A stretch of DNA of 64,000 nt from Sphingobacteriia bacterium (lineage in GTDB: Bacteria > Bacteroidota > Bacteroidia > Chitinophagales > Chitinophagaceae). The position numbers were made by a program, and so were the translations under genes. The notes below the pieces were generated by a model, which saw only the letters and a program-made list of their open reading frames with translations, did not search any database and had not been told where the DNA came from. The stretch is taken from NCBI GenBank assembly GCA_017304675.1, contig JAFKLS010000020.1, forward strand, positions 54,300 through 118,299, read 5' to 3'. Positions 21,003-30,473 of this stretch are shown here, in pieces (the first letter of the stretch is position 1; each line of letters begins with the position of its first letter).

Positions 21003-21847
21003 GCCAAAACTTTAAAGAAAGGTGACAAATAGTGAGCGGGGTATTGTTCAACCAATTCAGGCAATGCAATAGCAGTATTCAGTGTATCGAAGCTAATATG
21101 TGGAAAGAGTTTTCTTAAGAAATCGTAATCCTGGGTTCTTGTATCTATTATCCCTGCCACTTCCAGTTGCACTTCGCTTGGTTTATACCGGTACTGTTCT
21201 AGTACACTTAAAACATAATACAGCATATCGTCTGCATTTGTAATATTATACTGCTGTACCAATTGTAATCGGCGCTCATGAATAAGCACCAACACTAAAG
21301 TGTTTTTATAAAACTCTAACCTGAGAAAGGTGCCTGAAGGCAATACTGAATCATGCAACAATACATTTAATAACATGGAATAATAATGCCGTGCTTCTAC
21401 CATTAGAAAATTAGAGCCTACAATATCGAACAAAGACCGCTTAATACCATATGCATTCACAACAGGTTCATTAATATTAAAAGTATCCGTATTAATTAGT
21501 TGATTAAAATGCTCCCCGAAAACGGTGGTCAGAAAATCTGAAGCGCTTTCGGCCGAATATTTTTCTGCCGGTATTAAAACAGATTCAGGCATATTATACA
21601 AAACAGTGGTATGGTTGTAGCTTCTGTCTAATATTTTAGACTGGTTCTTTACATTATAAAAAACATCATACCAGTTATCCAATACTTTATCGAACTCAAA
21701 TAGTTCAAAGGCGGCAATTTCTTCTTTTCCATGCAGCCTTACAATAAAGCACATGTATGTAGGCCCAACATTAACAACCAGTTTATCGCTGTTAAAAGGC
21801 GACTGCGATGTTAAATCTCCATAACTGCTAATACTTTTCTCAACCAT
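20999..21847 (-). CDS. DUF3822 family protein
   Basis: 282 aa and translationally coupled to rsmD (4-nt overlap), a conserved Bacteroidota gene pair as I remember it. No motif check is possible here. Confidence 0.55.
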   Translation of the reverse strand: MVEKSISSYGDLTSQSPFNSDKLVVNVGPTYMCFIVRLHGKEEIAAFELFEFDKVLDNWYDVFYNVKNQSKILDRSYNHTTVLYNMPESVLIPAEKYSAESASDFLTTVFGEHFNQLINTDTFNINEPVVNAYGIKRSLFDIVGSNFLMVEARHYYSMLLNVLLHDSVLPSGTFLRLEFYKNTLVLVLIHERRLQLVQQYNITNADDMLYYVLSVLEQYRYKPSEVQLEVAGIIDTRTQDYDFLRKLFPHISFDTLNTAIALPELVEQYPAHYLSPFFKVLA

Positions 21848-21909
21848 TATTCAAATATAGTTGATGCAATGATAAAAAATAATTACCAAGCATATAAATC
21901 GGCTTTTAC

Positions 21910-23286
21910 ATGCTCAAAAGCATAGTTTTGCCAACTATGAGCACTGCAATGAATTTGAGGGTACAAATCACCAATAAACAGATTTTAGGTATTGCATTAC
22001 CCATTGCCTTAGCCATTCTGGTACCCCAGATTAACTTTATTACCAATAATATTTTTTTAGGCAGGCTGAATGAAAAGGCATTGGCAGTGGCCGGTATTAC
22101 AGGTGTTTACTATCTAATATTTGCTGTAATCGGCAATGGATTAAATAACGGTTTGCAGGCGCTTATTGCCCGCAGAGCCGGCGAGAACAGGATTGATGAG
22201 ATAGGAAATCTTTTTGTACAAGGTATCAGAATAGCATTTGTGATGGCTTTTTTGGGGATTCTCGTAACATGGTTTATTGCGCCACAAATACTTCACTGGG
22301 CCATTCATGATGAAGATACTTATACCATGTCCATCGCTTTTTTGCGTATAAGGATTTTTGGTCTCTTTTTTTTGTACCTATACCAAATGCGTAACGCGGT
22401 TTTGGTAGGCACCAACCAAAGCAAATACCTGATTATTGGAACGGGAACGGAAGCCCTTGTAAACATTGTGTTAGATTATTGTTTTATTTATGGAAAATTA
22501 GGTTTCCCATCCTTAGGTTTCAATGGCGCTGCAATAGCTTCGGTAATTGCAGAAGGTGCAGGTTTATTAAGTATTTTTATTGTATTGCATGTAAAAGGCA
22601 TAGGCCAACAGTTGCAATTATTTAAAAGCTTTGCGTTTGATAAAAGAACAACCAGGCTTATTCTTGTACAATCGAGCCCACTGATAGGCCAATATGCCTT
22701 AAGTATTATTACCTGGGAATTCTTTTATATATTGATTGAGCATCATGGCTCAAGGGATCTTGCCATTTCTAATACCATGCGTAATATTTTTGGCTTTTTC
22801 GGTTGCTTTACCTGGGCTTTTGCAGCTACAACCAATACGATGGTAAGCAATATTATCGGGCAGGGAATGCACGATAAAGTAATTTATCTTGTTCACAGAA
22901 TTATAAGGCTCTCTCTTTTATTTGCCGGCTGTATTTGTTTGTTATTAAATTTATTGCCACATCTGTTCTTGTCCATTTATGGCCAGGAAGAAAGTTTTAT
23001 CACTGCCGCTATGCCGGTATTAAGAATTGTTTCAACAGCATTGGTTTTAATGAGTGTTGCCACCATTTGGTTAAATGCAGTTACCGGAACAGGAAGCAGT
23101 AAAATGAATTTATTGATTGAAATGATCGCCGTTAGTTTTTACATTACCTATGTATATCTGGTGCTGGAAAAGTGGAAATTATCCATCGTCATTGGCTGGG
23201 GCAGCGAATGGGTATATTGGATATGCACTTTCATCCCTTCATATTTGTTTATGCAAAGCAATAAATGGAAAAGTAAAAAGATATAG
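21910..23286 (+). CDS. MATE family efflux transporter
   Basis: About 12 TM helices with a NorM-like N-terminus. The real start is probably MSTAMNL or MNL, a few codons in. Confidence 0.85.
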   Translation: MLKSIVLPTMSTAMNLRVQITNKQILGIALPIALAILVPQINFITNNIFLGRLNEKALAVAGITGVYYLIFAVIGNGLNNGLQALIARRAGENRIDEIGNLFVQGIRIAFVMAFLGILVTWFIAPQILHWAIHDEDTYTMSIAFLRIRIFGLFFLYLYQMRNAVLVGTNQSKYLIIGTGTEALVNIVLDYCFIYGKLGFPSLGFNGAAIASVIAEGAGLLSIFIVLHVKGIGQQLQLFKSFAFDKRTTRLILVQSSPLIGQYALSIITWEFFYILIEHHGSRDLAISNTMRNIFGFFGCFTWAFAATTNTMVSNIIGQGMHDKVIYLVHRIIRLSLLFAGCICLLLNLLPHLFLSIYGQEESFITAAMPVLRIVSTALVLMSVATIWLNAVTGTGSSKMNLLIEMIAVSFYITYVYLVLEKWKLSIVIGWGSEWVYWICTFIPSYLFMQSNKWKSKKI

Positions 23287-23289
23287 GCA

Positions 23290-23553
23290 TTAATTGTTTC
23301 CTTTCAATACATTCACCAGGTTAATATATTGTTGCATGGCATCTTCTTTAGAAGTGCCTTTTAAAGATTGCCATGCATTGTATTTTGCTTTTGCTACAAA
23401 GTCAAAAGGATTGGCAGGTGTATCTCCATTATTATCTCCTTCTGTGGCTTGTTTGTACAGAGAATACAATTTTAACAATGTTTCATTATCTGGTTTTGCA
23501 GGTAAAGTTTTGCTTTCTGCTACTGCTGTTTCAAATAAGTGTTGTAATTCCAT
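23290..23553 (-). CDS. Acyl-CoA-binding protein
   Basis: 87 aa. LKLYSLYKQATEGD...KAKYNAW is the ACBP signature. Confidence 0.85.
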   Translation of the reverse strand: MELQHLFETAVAESKTLPAKPDNETLLKLYSLYKQATEGDNNGDTPANPFDFVAKAKYNAWQSLKGTSKEDAMQQYINLVNVLKGNN

Positions 23554-23559
23554 AAATTT

Positions 23560-24315
23560 TTATTGTAGGCTATCTAATATTTTTTGCGCTTCTGCTTTTA
23601 GTACGGGGTCATCCATTGTTCTTGTTGGCAACTTTACACAACGTTGTAGTGTTTCCATAGCTTTTGCCGGGTTCCTGTTTTCTTTATATGCTTTTCCAAG
23701 CGTTAGCATATTTAATACAAAGTAGGGATTTAAAGCCTTGCACTTTTCCATATATGCAATCGCATCATCTAGGCTGGGTTCAGGTAATCCGCCATACAAA
23801 GTTTTTACCGCCAATTTTTTGGCCCAGTTTAAAGTAACCATTTCATAATGCCATTTCCCTTCTATAAAATTGGCCATAGCATGGTTGGGATTTAATTTCA
23901 GAGCTTTATCTGCATTTATTTTAATATCACGTACAAACTGTACTGTTTTCTTGTTTTCTGTTTCCACTTCGGTCATTTTGCCAGATACCAAAGCTATTGC
24001 ATAATATCCCTCGGCATTGGCACTGTCTGTTGTTACCATTCTTTTAGCATAACTCATAGCAGATTCAAATGTTATTCGCTTATCGTTTTTAAGCGGCAGG
24101 CGTTCGCCAGTTGAGCAACTTAGCTCAACAGCTTTAAGCAAGGCTTTCATATTACCTGGCTCGTTCAATAAAATCTGCCTGTATTTATCTAATGCTTCCT
24201 GTTCTTTATACTGTGTTTCTAAATTAACAGCTTCTTTAAATAAAAGAGTTGTTTCCTGCGCAATTGAAAAAAAAGGGATACAACAAAACAATATCATCCA
24301 TTTATACTTCATCAT
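23560..24315 (-). CDS. Secreted TPR-like repeat protein
   Basis: Signal peptide plus repeated helical TPR-like segments. Function unknown. Confidence 0.6.
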   Translation of the reverse strand: MMKYKWMILFCCIPFFSIAQETTLLFKEAVNLETQYKEQEALDKYRQILLNEPGNMKALLKAVELSCSTGERLPLKNDKRITFESAMSYAKRMVTTDSANAEGYYAIALVSGKMTEVETENKKTVQFVRDIKINADKALKLNPNHAMANFIEGKWHYEMVTLNWAKKLAVKTLYGGLPEPSLDDAIAYMEKCKALNPYFVLNMLTLGKAYKENRNPAKAMETLQRCVKLPTRTMDDPVLKAEAQKILDSLQ

Positions 24316-24670
24316 TAGCTTTTCTTTTTAAATGATAGTGCACGCCAACGGAACCGTTCATTCCTTCAATAGGCGGGTTTATTTTTTTTATGGAAACAGT
24401 CACTTCTTCCGCCAGTTCAAATTTGTGTAAAATTTGCCCGGCTATTTCCATTACAATTGTTTCCAATAAAGGTGTGGGTATTTGCATCCTTTCTTCAATC
24501 AGCCTGTACACCAATTCGTAATTAATGGTTTCCTGTATATTTTTAATGGTAGAAACAGGATGGTGATAAATTTCTGCATTCACCTCAAAATCGTTTCCAT
24601 TGATTTTTTCCTGCTCATACAAACCATGGTATGCTTTAAACTGAAGATGATGTAACCGGATAATTAGCAT
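24302..24670 (-). CDS. folB: Dihydroneopterin aldolase
   Basis: 122 aa. LQFKAYHGLYEQEKINGNDFEVN is typical of FolB. Confidence 0.85.
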   Translation of the reverse strand: MLIIRLHHLQFKAYHGLYEQEKINGNDFEVNAEIYHHPVSTIKNIQETINYELVYRLIEERMQIPTPLLETIVMEIAGQILHKFELAEEVTVSIKKINPPIEGMNGSVGVHYHLKRKANDEV

Positions 24671-24717
24671 AAAGCGAAGATAAGTGCTGGGCCTGTGTAA
24701 ATGAACCCTGTACTAAA

Positions 24718-27246
24718 TTGTTTAACTTATTTTTGATGTGTATGTTGCAAAACACCATAGGATATAGAATTGTTACACAATGGATGCACAGCAAAGGCCT
24801 GAAACCATTTGCTTTTCAGGAAGAAACCTGGCAACATGTTCTTAAAACGGAAAGTGGTTTGGTAAATGCACCAACCGGCTGTGGCAAAACATATGCTGTT
24901 TTTTTAGGGAGCATTATCCGGTTTATTAATACTCACCCGCAAAGTTATCAGCAACTAAAATATAATGGATTACAATTACTTTGGATTACCCCTCTAAGAG
25001 CGTTGGCCAAAGATATAGCCAGGGCAATGCAGGAAGTCATTACTGAATTGAATATGTCATGGGAAGTGGGCATAAGAAACGGAGATACAACTATCGCAGA
25101 ACGCAACAGACAGAAAAAAAACACACCTGAGATTTTAATTATCACACCCGAAAGCCTCCATTTACTTCTGGCTCAGAAAAACAACCACTCTTTTTTTGCC
25201 TCTTTAGAAACAATTGCAATAGATGAGTGGCATGAGTTAATGGGAAGCAAAAGAGGTGTGCAAACAGAGCTGGCGTTAAGCAGGATCATACCTATTGCTG
25301 CGCACAATAAATCGGGTGTATCTGTTTGGGGAATTAGTGCCACCATTGGCAACTTAGAGGAAGCTAAAGAAGTATTATTAAGCCCGTTGCACCGCTCTAA
25401 GCTTATAGAAACTTTTGTTATACAGGCGAATCTTCCCAAACAAACGGAAATCATTTCCATCATTCCCGATGAAATAGAAAAATATCCCTGGGCCGGGCAT
25501 TTGGGTATAAAGCTGGCCGAAAAAATTGTTCCCATAATTGAGCAAAGCAATACCACACTTATATTCATCAATACAAGAGGCATGAGTGAAATGTGGTATC
25601 AAACATTATTAAATATTGCCCCTCAACTGGCAGGAGCTATTGCTTTGCATCATGGAAGTATTGAACAGGAATTAAGGCTTTGGGTGGAAGAGTCTTTACA
25701 TACAAAAAAACTTAAAGCGGTTGTTTGTACGGCCAGCCTGGATCTCGGTGTTGATTTCAGGCCGGTTGATACGGTTATTCAGGTAGGTTCTCCTAAAGGC
25801 ATTTCCCGTTTTTTGCAACGAGCCGGAAGAAGCGGCCATCAACCCGGAGATACGAGTAAAATCTATTTCCTTCCTACACATTCTCTGGAATTAGTAGAGG
25901 CCGCTGCTTTAAAAAAAGCCGTAAGCAGCCGCATAATAGAAAGTAAAGAACCACTGGTTTTATGTTTTGATGTACTGATGCAGTATATGTGTACCCTTGC
26001 AGTAGGAGACGGATTTGTACCAGAACAGTTATTGCCCGAAATAAGGAGTACCTATAGTTTTTCAGAAATAACCGATACTGAATGGAAAGAAATATTACAG
26101 CACCTCAGTACCGGAGGCACAGCTTTACAGCATTATGATGATTATAAGAAAATAGAGATAACGGATGATGGTGTTTATACTATAAAGAACAGGAGAATGG
26201 CTATGCGCCATCGTATGCATATAGGCACAATAGTAAGCGATGCGATGCTTAAAGTAAAACTGTTGAATGGTAAATATATAGGTGTAATTGAGGAATGGTT
26301 CGTTAGTCGCCTGGAAACAGGTACCACTTTTACGCTGGCAGGAAGAAACCTGGAGCTGGTAGGCATAAAAGATATGAGTGTAATTGTTAAGCCATCTGCT
26401 TCCAAGAAAACAATTGTTCCCAGCTGGATGGGGGGAAGAATGAGTTTATCTGCAAACCTTGGTAAAATATTAAGGGAAACTTTTGCAGAAGCAGAAGCAA
26501 TGGTCAATGGACAATTGACAATGGACAATTCTTGCAATGAGCTACAAGCTTTGCAACCGCTCTTTCAACTTCAACAAGAATTATCACATATTCCATCCGA
26601 TAAAGAAACTTTAATTGAACAGATAGAAAGTAAAGACGGTTACCATCTTTTGGTATATCCTTTTGAAGGAAGGCAGGTACATGAAGCTATGAGTGCACTC
26701 ATAGCTTACAGGATAAGCCGGATAACACCCATTACTTTTTCAATAGCTATGAACGATTATGGTTTTGAACTGCTCAGCGATCAACCCATACCTGTTGATG
26801 ATACCAATGTTCATGAACTTTTCTTTACCAACCATCTGTTGAATGATATTCAAAAAAGCGTAAACAGTACAGAGATGGCAAGGAGAAAATTCAGAGATAT
26901 TGCGGCAATAGGCGGCCTTATTTTTCAGGGATACCCGGGTGAGCATAAAAAAGCAAGGCACCTGCAATCTTCAGCCGGGTTACTTTTCAATGTATTTGAA
27001 GAATATGAGCCCAATAATATTTTACTCAGGCAGGCATATAACGAAGTGCTGGAACAACAGATGGAAGAAGTTAGGCTAAGGAGTGCATTGAACAGGATTG
27101 CGGGCAATAAGATTGTGCTTACTTTTCCTGAAAAGTTTACACCGCTATCTTTTCCTATAGTTGTTGATGGGCTTAACCGAAACAACCTGTCTTCAGAAAA
27201 AATGGAAGAAAGGGTTAAAAGAATGCAGCAACAATTAAACAAATAA
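24718..27246 (+). CDS. Ligase-associated DNA damage response DEXH-box helicase (Lhr-core-like)
   Basis: Contains NAPTGCGKT (motif I), DEWHE (motif II) and QRAGRSGH (motif VI), plus a long C-terminal Lhr-type extension. The start is uncertain (TTG in the track). Confidence 0.85.
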   Translation: MFNLFLMCMLQNTIGYRIVTQWMHSKGLKPFAFQEETWQHVLKTESGLVNAPTGCGKTYAVFLGSIIRFINTHPQSYQQLKYNGLQLLWITPLRALAKDIARAMQEVITELNMSWEVGIRNGDTTIAERNRQKKNTPEILIITPESLHLLLAQKNNHSFFASLETIAIDEWHELMGSKRGVQTELALSRIIPIAAHNKSGVSVWGISATIGNLEEAKEVLLSPLHRSKLIETFVIQANLPKQTEIISIIPDEIEKYPWAGHLGIKLAEKIVPIIEQSNTTLIFINTRGMSEMWYQTLLNIAPQLAGAIALHHGSIEQELRLWVEESLHTKKLKAVVCTASLDLGVDFRPVDTVIQVGSPKGISRFLQRAGRSGHQPGDTSKIYFLPTHSLELVEAAALKKAVSSRIIESKEPLVLCFDVLMQYMCTLAVGDGFVPEQLLPEIRSTYSFSEITDTEWKEILQHLSTGGTALQHYDDYKKIEITDDGVYTIKNRRMAMRHRMHIGTIVSDAMLKVKLLNGKYIGVIEEWFVSRLETGTTFTLAGRNLELVGIKDMSVIVKPSASKKTIVPSWMGGRMSLSANLGKILRETFAEAEAMVNGQLTMDNSCNELQALQPLFQLQQELSHIPSDKETLIEQIESKDGYHLLVYPFEGRQVHEAMSALIAYRISRITPITFSIAMNDYGFELLSDQPIPVDDTNVHELFFTNHLLNDIQKSVNSTEMARRKFRDIAAIGGLIFQGYPGEHKKARHLQSSAGLLFNVFEEYEPNNILLRQAYNEVLEQQMEEVRLRSALNRIAGNKIVLTFPEKFTPLSFPIVVDGLNRNNLSSEKMEERVKRMQQQLNK
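26499..26533. repeat. Heptamer tandem array, AATTGAC family, inside the helicase CDS
   Basis: AATGGTC AATGGAC AATTGAC AATGGAC AATTCTT, five units, encoding MVNGQLTMDNS. Confidence 0.7.
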
Positions 27247-27250
27247 AAAA

Positions 27251-27274
27251 GGTAGCAACAAAATAGCTGCTACC
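27251..27274 (-). terminator. Weak terminator hairpin for the minus-strand membrane-protein gene
   Basis: GGTAGCA / TGCTACC 7-bp stem. On the minus strand it is followed by TTTTTT. Confidence 0.4.
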
Positions 27275-27294
27275 CTCCTTAAAATGCGTGTGCA

Positions 27295-27792
27295 TTATTT
27301 ATTGGTAAGATACTTACGTTGTAATGTATACAGGATAATGAACAATAACATAAATGCAAACCCTATTAAAGCGCCAAATCCGCTCACTGCTGCTTTTCCA
27401 AGCAATACGATCGTGCATATTGCCGGAACAATTTCGCCCATCAGCCAAATATAATATCCCTGCATTTTAAGTTTACGCATTTGCACCGCGCCAATAATAC
27501 AAAGTACACCACCCACAATGGTTACAATTAAAATAGGTAGCTTATTAGTAGCTGCAAGCCTTGCCTGTTCCAGTGCTTCCGGTGTAATCATTTTTTTTGC
27601 AAAATCAGGAAGTTTATCAAAGTCGGGGCTGTTTAAGGCTTTATCAAGATCTTCAACAGCTTTATCTGCACGAACAAATTGCCAGAATGCTCCGGCCAGG
27701 TTGAATAAACCGCTTCCAATAAAAGTTAAAATGGTTAATACATTAAGCGATGAAGGCAGCTTTCCTTCTTCAGGGTTGAAATTGGTGGTCAT
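27295..27792 (-). CDS. Hypothetical 4-TM membrane protein
   Basis: 165 aa with four hydrophobic helices. No family recognised. Confidence 0.5.
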   Translation of the reverse strand: MTTNFNPEEGKLPSSLNVLTILTFIGSGLFNLAGAFWQFVRADKAVEDLDKALNSPDFDKLPDFAKKMITPEALEQARLAATNKLPILIVTIVGGVLCIIGAVQMRKLKMQGYYIWLMGEIVPAICTIVLLGKAAVSGFGALIGFAFMLLFIILYTLQRKYLTNK

Positions 27793-27892
27793 TGTTATTT
27801 CGATTTTAATATGTTAAATGTAATTGCTTTCCTTTAAATAGTAAAGTGTAAAAAATGATTACTGAATGAAATGTGGATAATAGATTTGCAAC

Positions 27893-28558
27893 ATGCAGCA
27901 ACCGGTACCATTTATATTGGCAGAACAACAGTTATGGCTTAGCGAACAAAGATGTATTTTTTGGGAAACACACAAAGCACTGATTGTTTCAGATATTCAT
28001 TTTGGCAAAACCGGTCATTTCAGAAAAAGTGGAATAGCCATACCACAGGCGGTTTTCAAAGAAGACTTACAAAGGTTGGTTGATTGCATCAGTTTCTTTA
28101 AAGCAGAACAATTAATAGTTGTTGGAGATCTTTTTCACAGTATTGCCAATAAAGAGTTGGACCTTTTTGTAAAATGGCGCAACGATTTATCTCATTTACA
28201 TATACACCTCATTAAAGGTAATCATGATATTTTAAAAGATGAATGGTATGCAAGTGCAGGAATACAAATTACAGAACATAGATTACAGATGGCAGATTTT
28301 TGTTTTGTGCATTCAATTGAAGAAATCAATCTTGAAGAAGAACAAAACAATTTCTTTTTTTCAGGGCATATTCATCCGGGTATCAGCATCAAAGGCAACA
28401 GTAAACAAACATTGCGATTCCCTTGTTTCTATTTCACCAAACAATATGCAGTATTGCCGGCATTCAGCAGGTTCACAGGTTTAGCAGCCATCAAACCAAA
28501 AAAGAATGAAAAAGTTTTTGCAATCGTGAATGAAAATGTAATGTCATTGAATGATTAA
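27893..28558 (+). CDS. pdeM: Ligase-associated DNA damage response endonuclease PdeM (metallophosphoesterase)
   Basis: The calcineurin-like motifs SDIHFGK, VGDLFH, GNHD and GHIHP are present in PdeM order. Confidence 0.8.
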   Translation: MQQPVPFILAEQQLWLSEQRCIFWETHKALIVSDIHFGKTGHFRKSGIAIPQAVFKEDLQRLVDCISFFKAEQLIVVGDLFHSIANKELDLFVKWRNDLSHLHIHLIKGNHDILKDEWYASAGIQITEHRLQMADFCFVHSIEEINLEEEQNNFFFSGHIHPGISIKGNSKQTLRFPCFYFTKQYAVLPAFSRFTGLAAIKPKKNEKVFAIVNENVMSLND

Positions 28559-29450
28559 AATTGCTTACGATACCATTTATGCTCATCCTTTACCCGAAGG
28601 GCACCGGTTTCCCATGTTGAAATATGAATTGATTCCTGAACAATTATTACATGAAGGAACCATTACACAGGAAAATATTTTTAAACCAAGAGCATGTGAA
28701 GAAGAGCTTGTATTGCTTACACATGCAGAAGAATATTTCAATAAGCTAAAACATCAAACATTAACAGCATCAGAACAAAGAAAGATCGGCTTTCCGCAGT
28801 CACCGCAATTAACACAAAGAGAATTAATAATCACGCAAGGATCAATTGATTGTTGTTATCATGCCATGAAAAACGGCGTGGCATTAAATATTGCCGGAGG
28901 AACACACCATGCTTTTGCAAATCGTGGCGAAGGCTTTTGTTTGTTGAATGATTTTGCCGTTGCAGCAAACTATTTATTGCACCAAAAAGATGCGAAACAA
29001 ATTCTAATTATCGACCTGGATGTTCATCAGGGAAACGGAACTGCCAAGCTTTTTGAAAAGAATAAAAACGTTTTCACATTCAGTATGCATGGAGCACACA
29101 ATTATCCTTTTCACAAAGAAAAAAGTGATCTGGATATTGGATTGAAAGATGGTACCACCGGAAAAGAATATTTGGAAATATTAAAAACTACTCTACCACA
29201 ATTAATTGAACGAGTGAAACCCGATTTTGCTTTTTATTTATCGGGAGTGGATATTCTTGAGACAGACAAATTCGGGAAACTAAAAGTAAACATAGACGAA
29301 TGCAAACAAAGAGATGCGTTCGTTTTCACACAATTGAAAAAACATAATATTCCCGTAACAGTGGCTATGGGTGGCGGTTATTCACCCGAAATAAAAACGA
29401 TTGTAGAAACCCATTGCAATACGTTCAGAATAGCTGGTTCCCTGTATTAA
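28551..29450 (+). CDS. Histone deacetylase family (AcuC/HDAC-like) protein
   Basis: GGTHHAFANRGEGFCLLND and DLDVHQGNGT are present. The start overlaps the pdeM stop by 8 nt (ATGATTAA). Confidence 0.85.
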   Translation: MIKIAYDTIYAHPLPEGHRFPMLKYELIPEQLLHEGTITQENIFKPRACEEELVLLTHAEEYFNKLKHQTLTASEQRKIGFPQSPQLTQRELIITQGSIDCCYHAMKNGVALNIAGGTHHAFANRGEGFCLLNDFAVAANYLLHQKDAKQILIIDLDVHQGNGTAKLFEKNKNVFTFSMHGAHNYPFHKEKSDLDIGLKDGTTGKEYLEILKTTLPQLIERVKPDFAFYLSGVDILETDKFGKLKVNIDECKQRDAFVFTQLKKHNIPVTVAMGGGYSPEIKTIVETHCNTFRIAGSLY

Positions 29451-29454
29451 AAAA

Positions 29455-29472
29455 GGCCGGTAGACACCGGCC
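29455..29472. terminator. Terminator hairpin between convergent genes
   Basis: GGCCGGT / ACCGGCC 7-bp GC stem with a 4-nt loop. The T-run is on the minus strand, so it serves the XRE/S24 gene. Confidence 0.6.
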
Positions 29473-29492
29473 CTTATTACTAACTAACCCAA

Positions 29493-30248
29493 CTAATTCA
29501 ATTTCTTTTTTAAACTGCTTACCTGCTCTTGCAGATTATTGACCATTCCGGCAAGTGAGTTTACATCCCAATGTTGAATAGTGTTTGCTTTTTGCAAAAC
29601 GTATACCGCCTTCCACATTTCCAATACATCCTCTGCATTTACATTGTATGGTTCATATTGTGGATTATCACTGACAAGTGTAAGCTTGTTCTTAGTGCGA
29701 TTATTCTTCATCACCCGTTTATACACTACACCTTCGTTCCTGCTCAAAACAATATAGGTATTGCTGCTTTTCAGGCTTTCCAGATCATCTACCTTCTCCC
29801 CTACAATCACACTGCCGCTGGGGGTAGGCAACATACTATCACCTATAATTTCAAAGGCACGATATTGTCCCGGAGCCAGCATTGGTAAAGTAAACGTATT
29901 CAATTCATCTATAAAATCAGGATCTGCATAACCGGCCAAATAGCCTGCAGCCGCTTTTACAGGTACAAACTGTATTTCCGCACTACTTAATGCCGCCATT
30001 TTTTGTTTTCGGCGTTGTTCTATATAACTACTTCCTTTTGCAGCACTAAGATCTTTTAATAATAGATCATCCAAACTCAATTTAAAAATAGTACAGACTT
30101 CTTCCAATGCTTCTAATCGTGGCTCTGCACGTTCTTCTTCATAGGCACCTACCAAAGATCGTTTTACATTAATCTTTTGGGCAAATTCTTCCTGAGTCCA
30201 CCCTCTTAATTTTCTGAGATAGCGAAAATTTTTTCCTGCATAACTCAT
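29493..30248 (-). CDS. LexA-like repressor: XRE-family HTH plus S24 autopeptidase domain
   Basis: HTH segment FRYLRKLRGWTQEEFAQKINV. A possible Ala-Gly cleavage site lies in VKAAAGY. Ser is in GDSM and Lys in VYKRV. A C-terminal coiled-coil tail is extra. I moved the start to the ATG at 30248. Confidence 0.8.
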   Translation of the reverse strand: MSYAGKNFRYLRKLRGWTQEEFAQKINVKRSLVGAYEEERAEPRLEALEEVCTIFKLSLDDLLLKDLSAAKGSSYIEQRRKQKMAALSSAEIQFVPVKAAAGYLAGYADPDFIDELNTFTLPMLAPGQYRAFEIIGDSMLPTPSGSVIVGEKVDDLESLKSSNTYIVLSRNEGVVYKRVMKNNRTKNKLTLVSDNPQYEPYNVNAEDVLEMWKAVYVLQKANTIQHWDVNSLAGMVNNLQEQVSSLKKKLN

Positions 30249-30473
30249 AACTAATAAATTTAGATTCAAGTGCAAAATACTAAAAAAATTAGTTTTTCAA
30301 AAAAAAATTTTACTCCTATCAAAATATTTTACTCCAACCGTTTCATAAACTTATGGCAACAGGTGATAATTTAGAATGAGCGGTATACAAATAAACTTTA
30401 ATCCGGCATAATGATTCAGCCATTTAGCAGTTGATGAAAATTTTGCTACGTTTTTTGCTTGTATCTTGCACCC

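Noticed and set aside
23294-23725. 143-aa plus-strand ORF spanning the ACBP and TPR genes
   Set aside because: It is antisense to two confidently called minus-strand genes.
30441-30469. Candidate Bacteroidota promoter upstream of surE (TTTG ... TATCTTGC)
   Set aside because: The -7 box departs from TAnnTTTG at two positions and sits only about 5 nt from the start codon. That is too weak to report as a feature.
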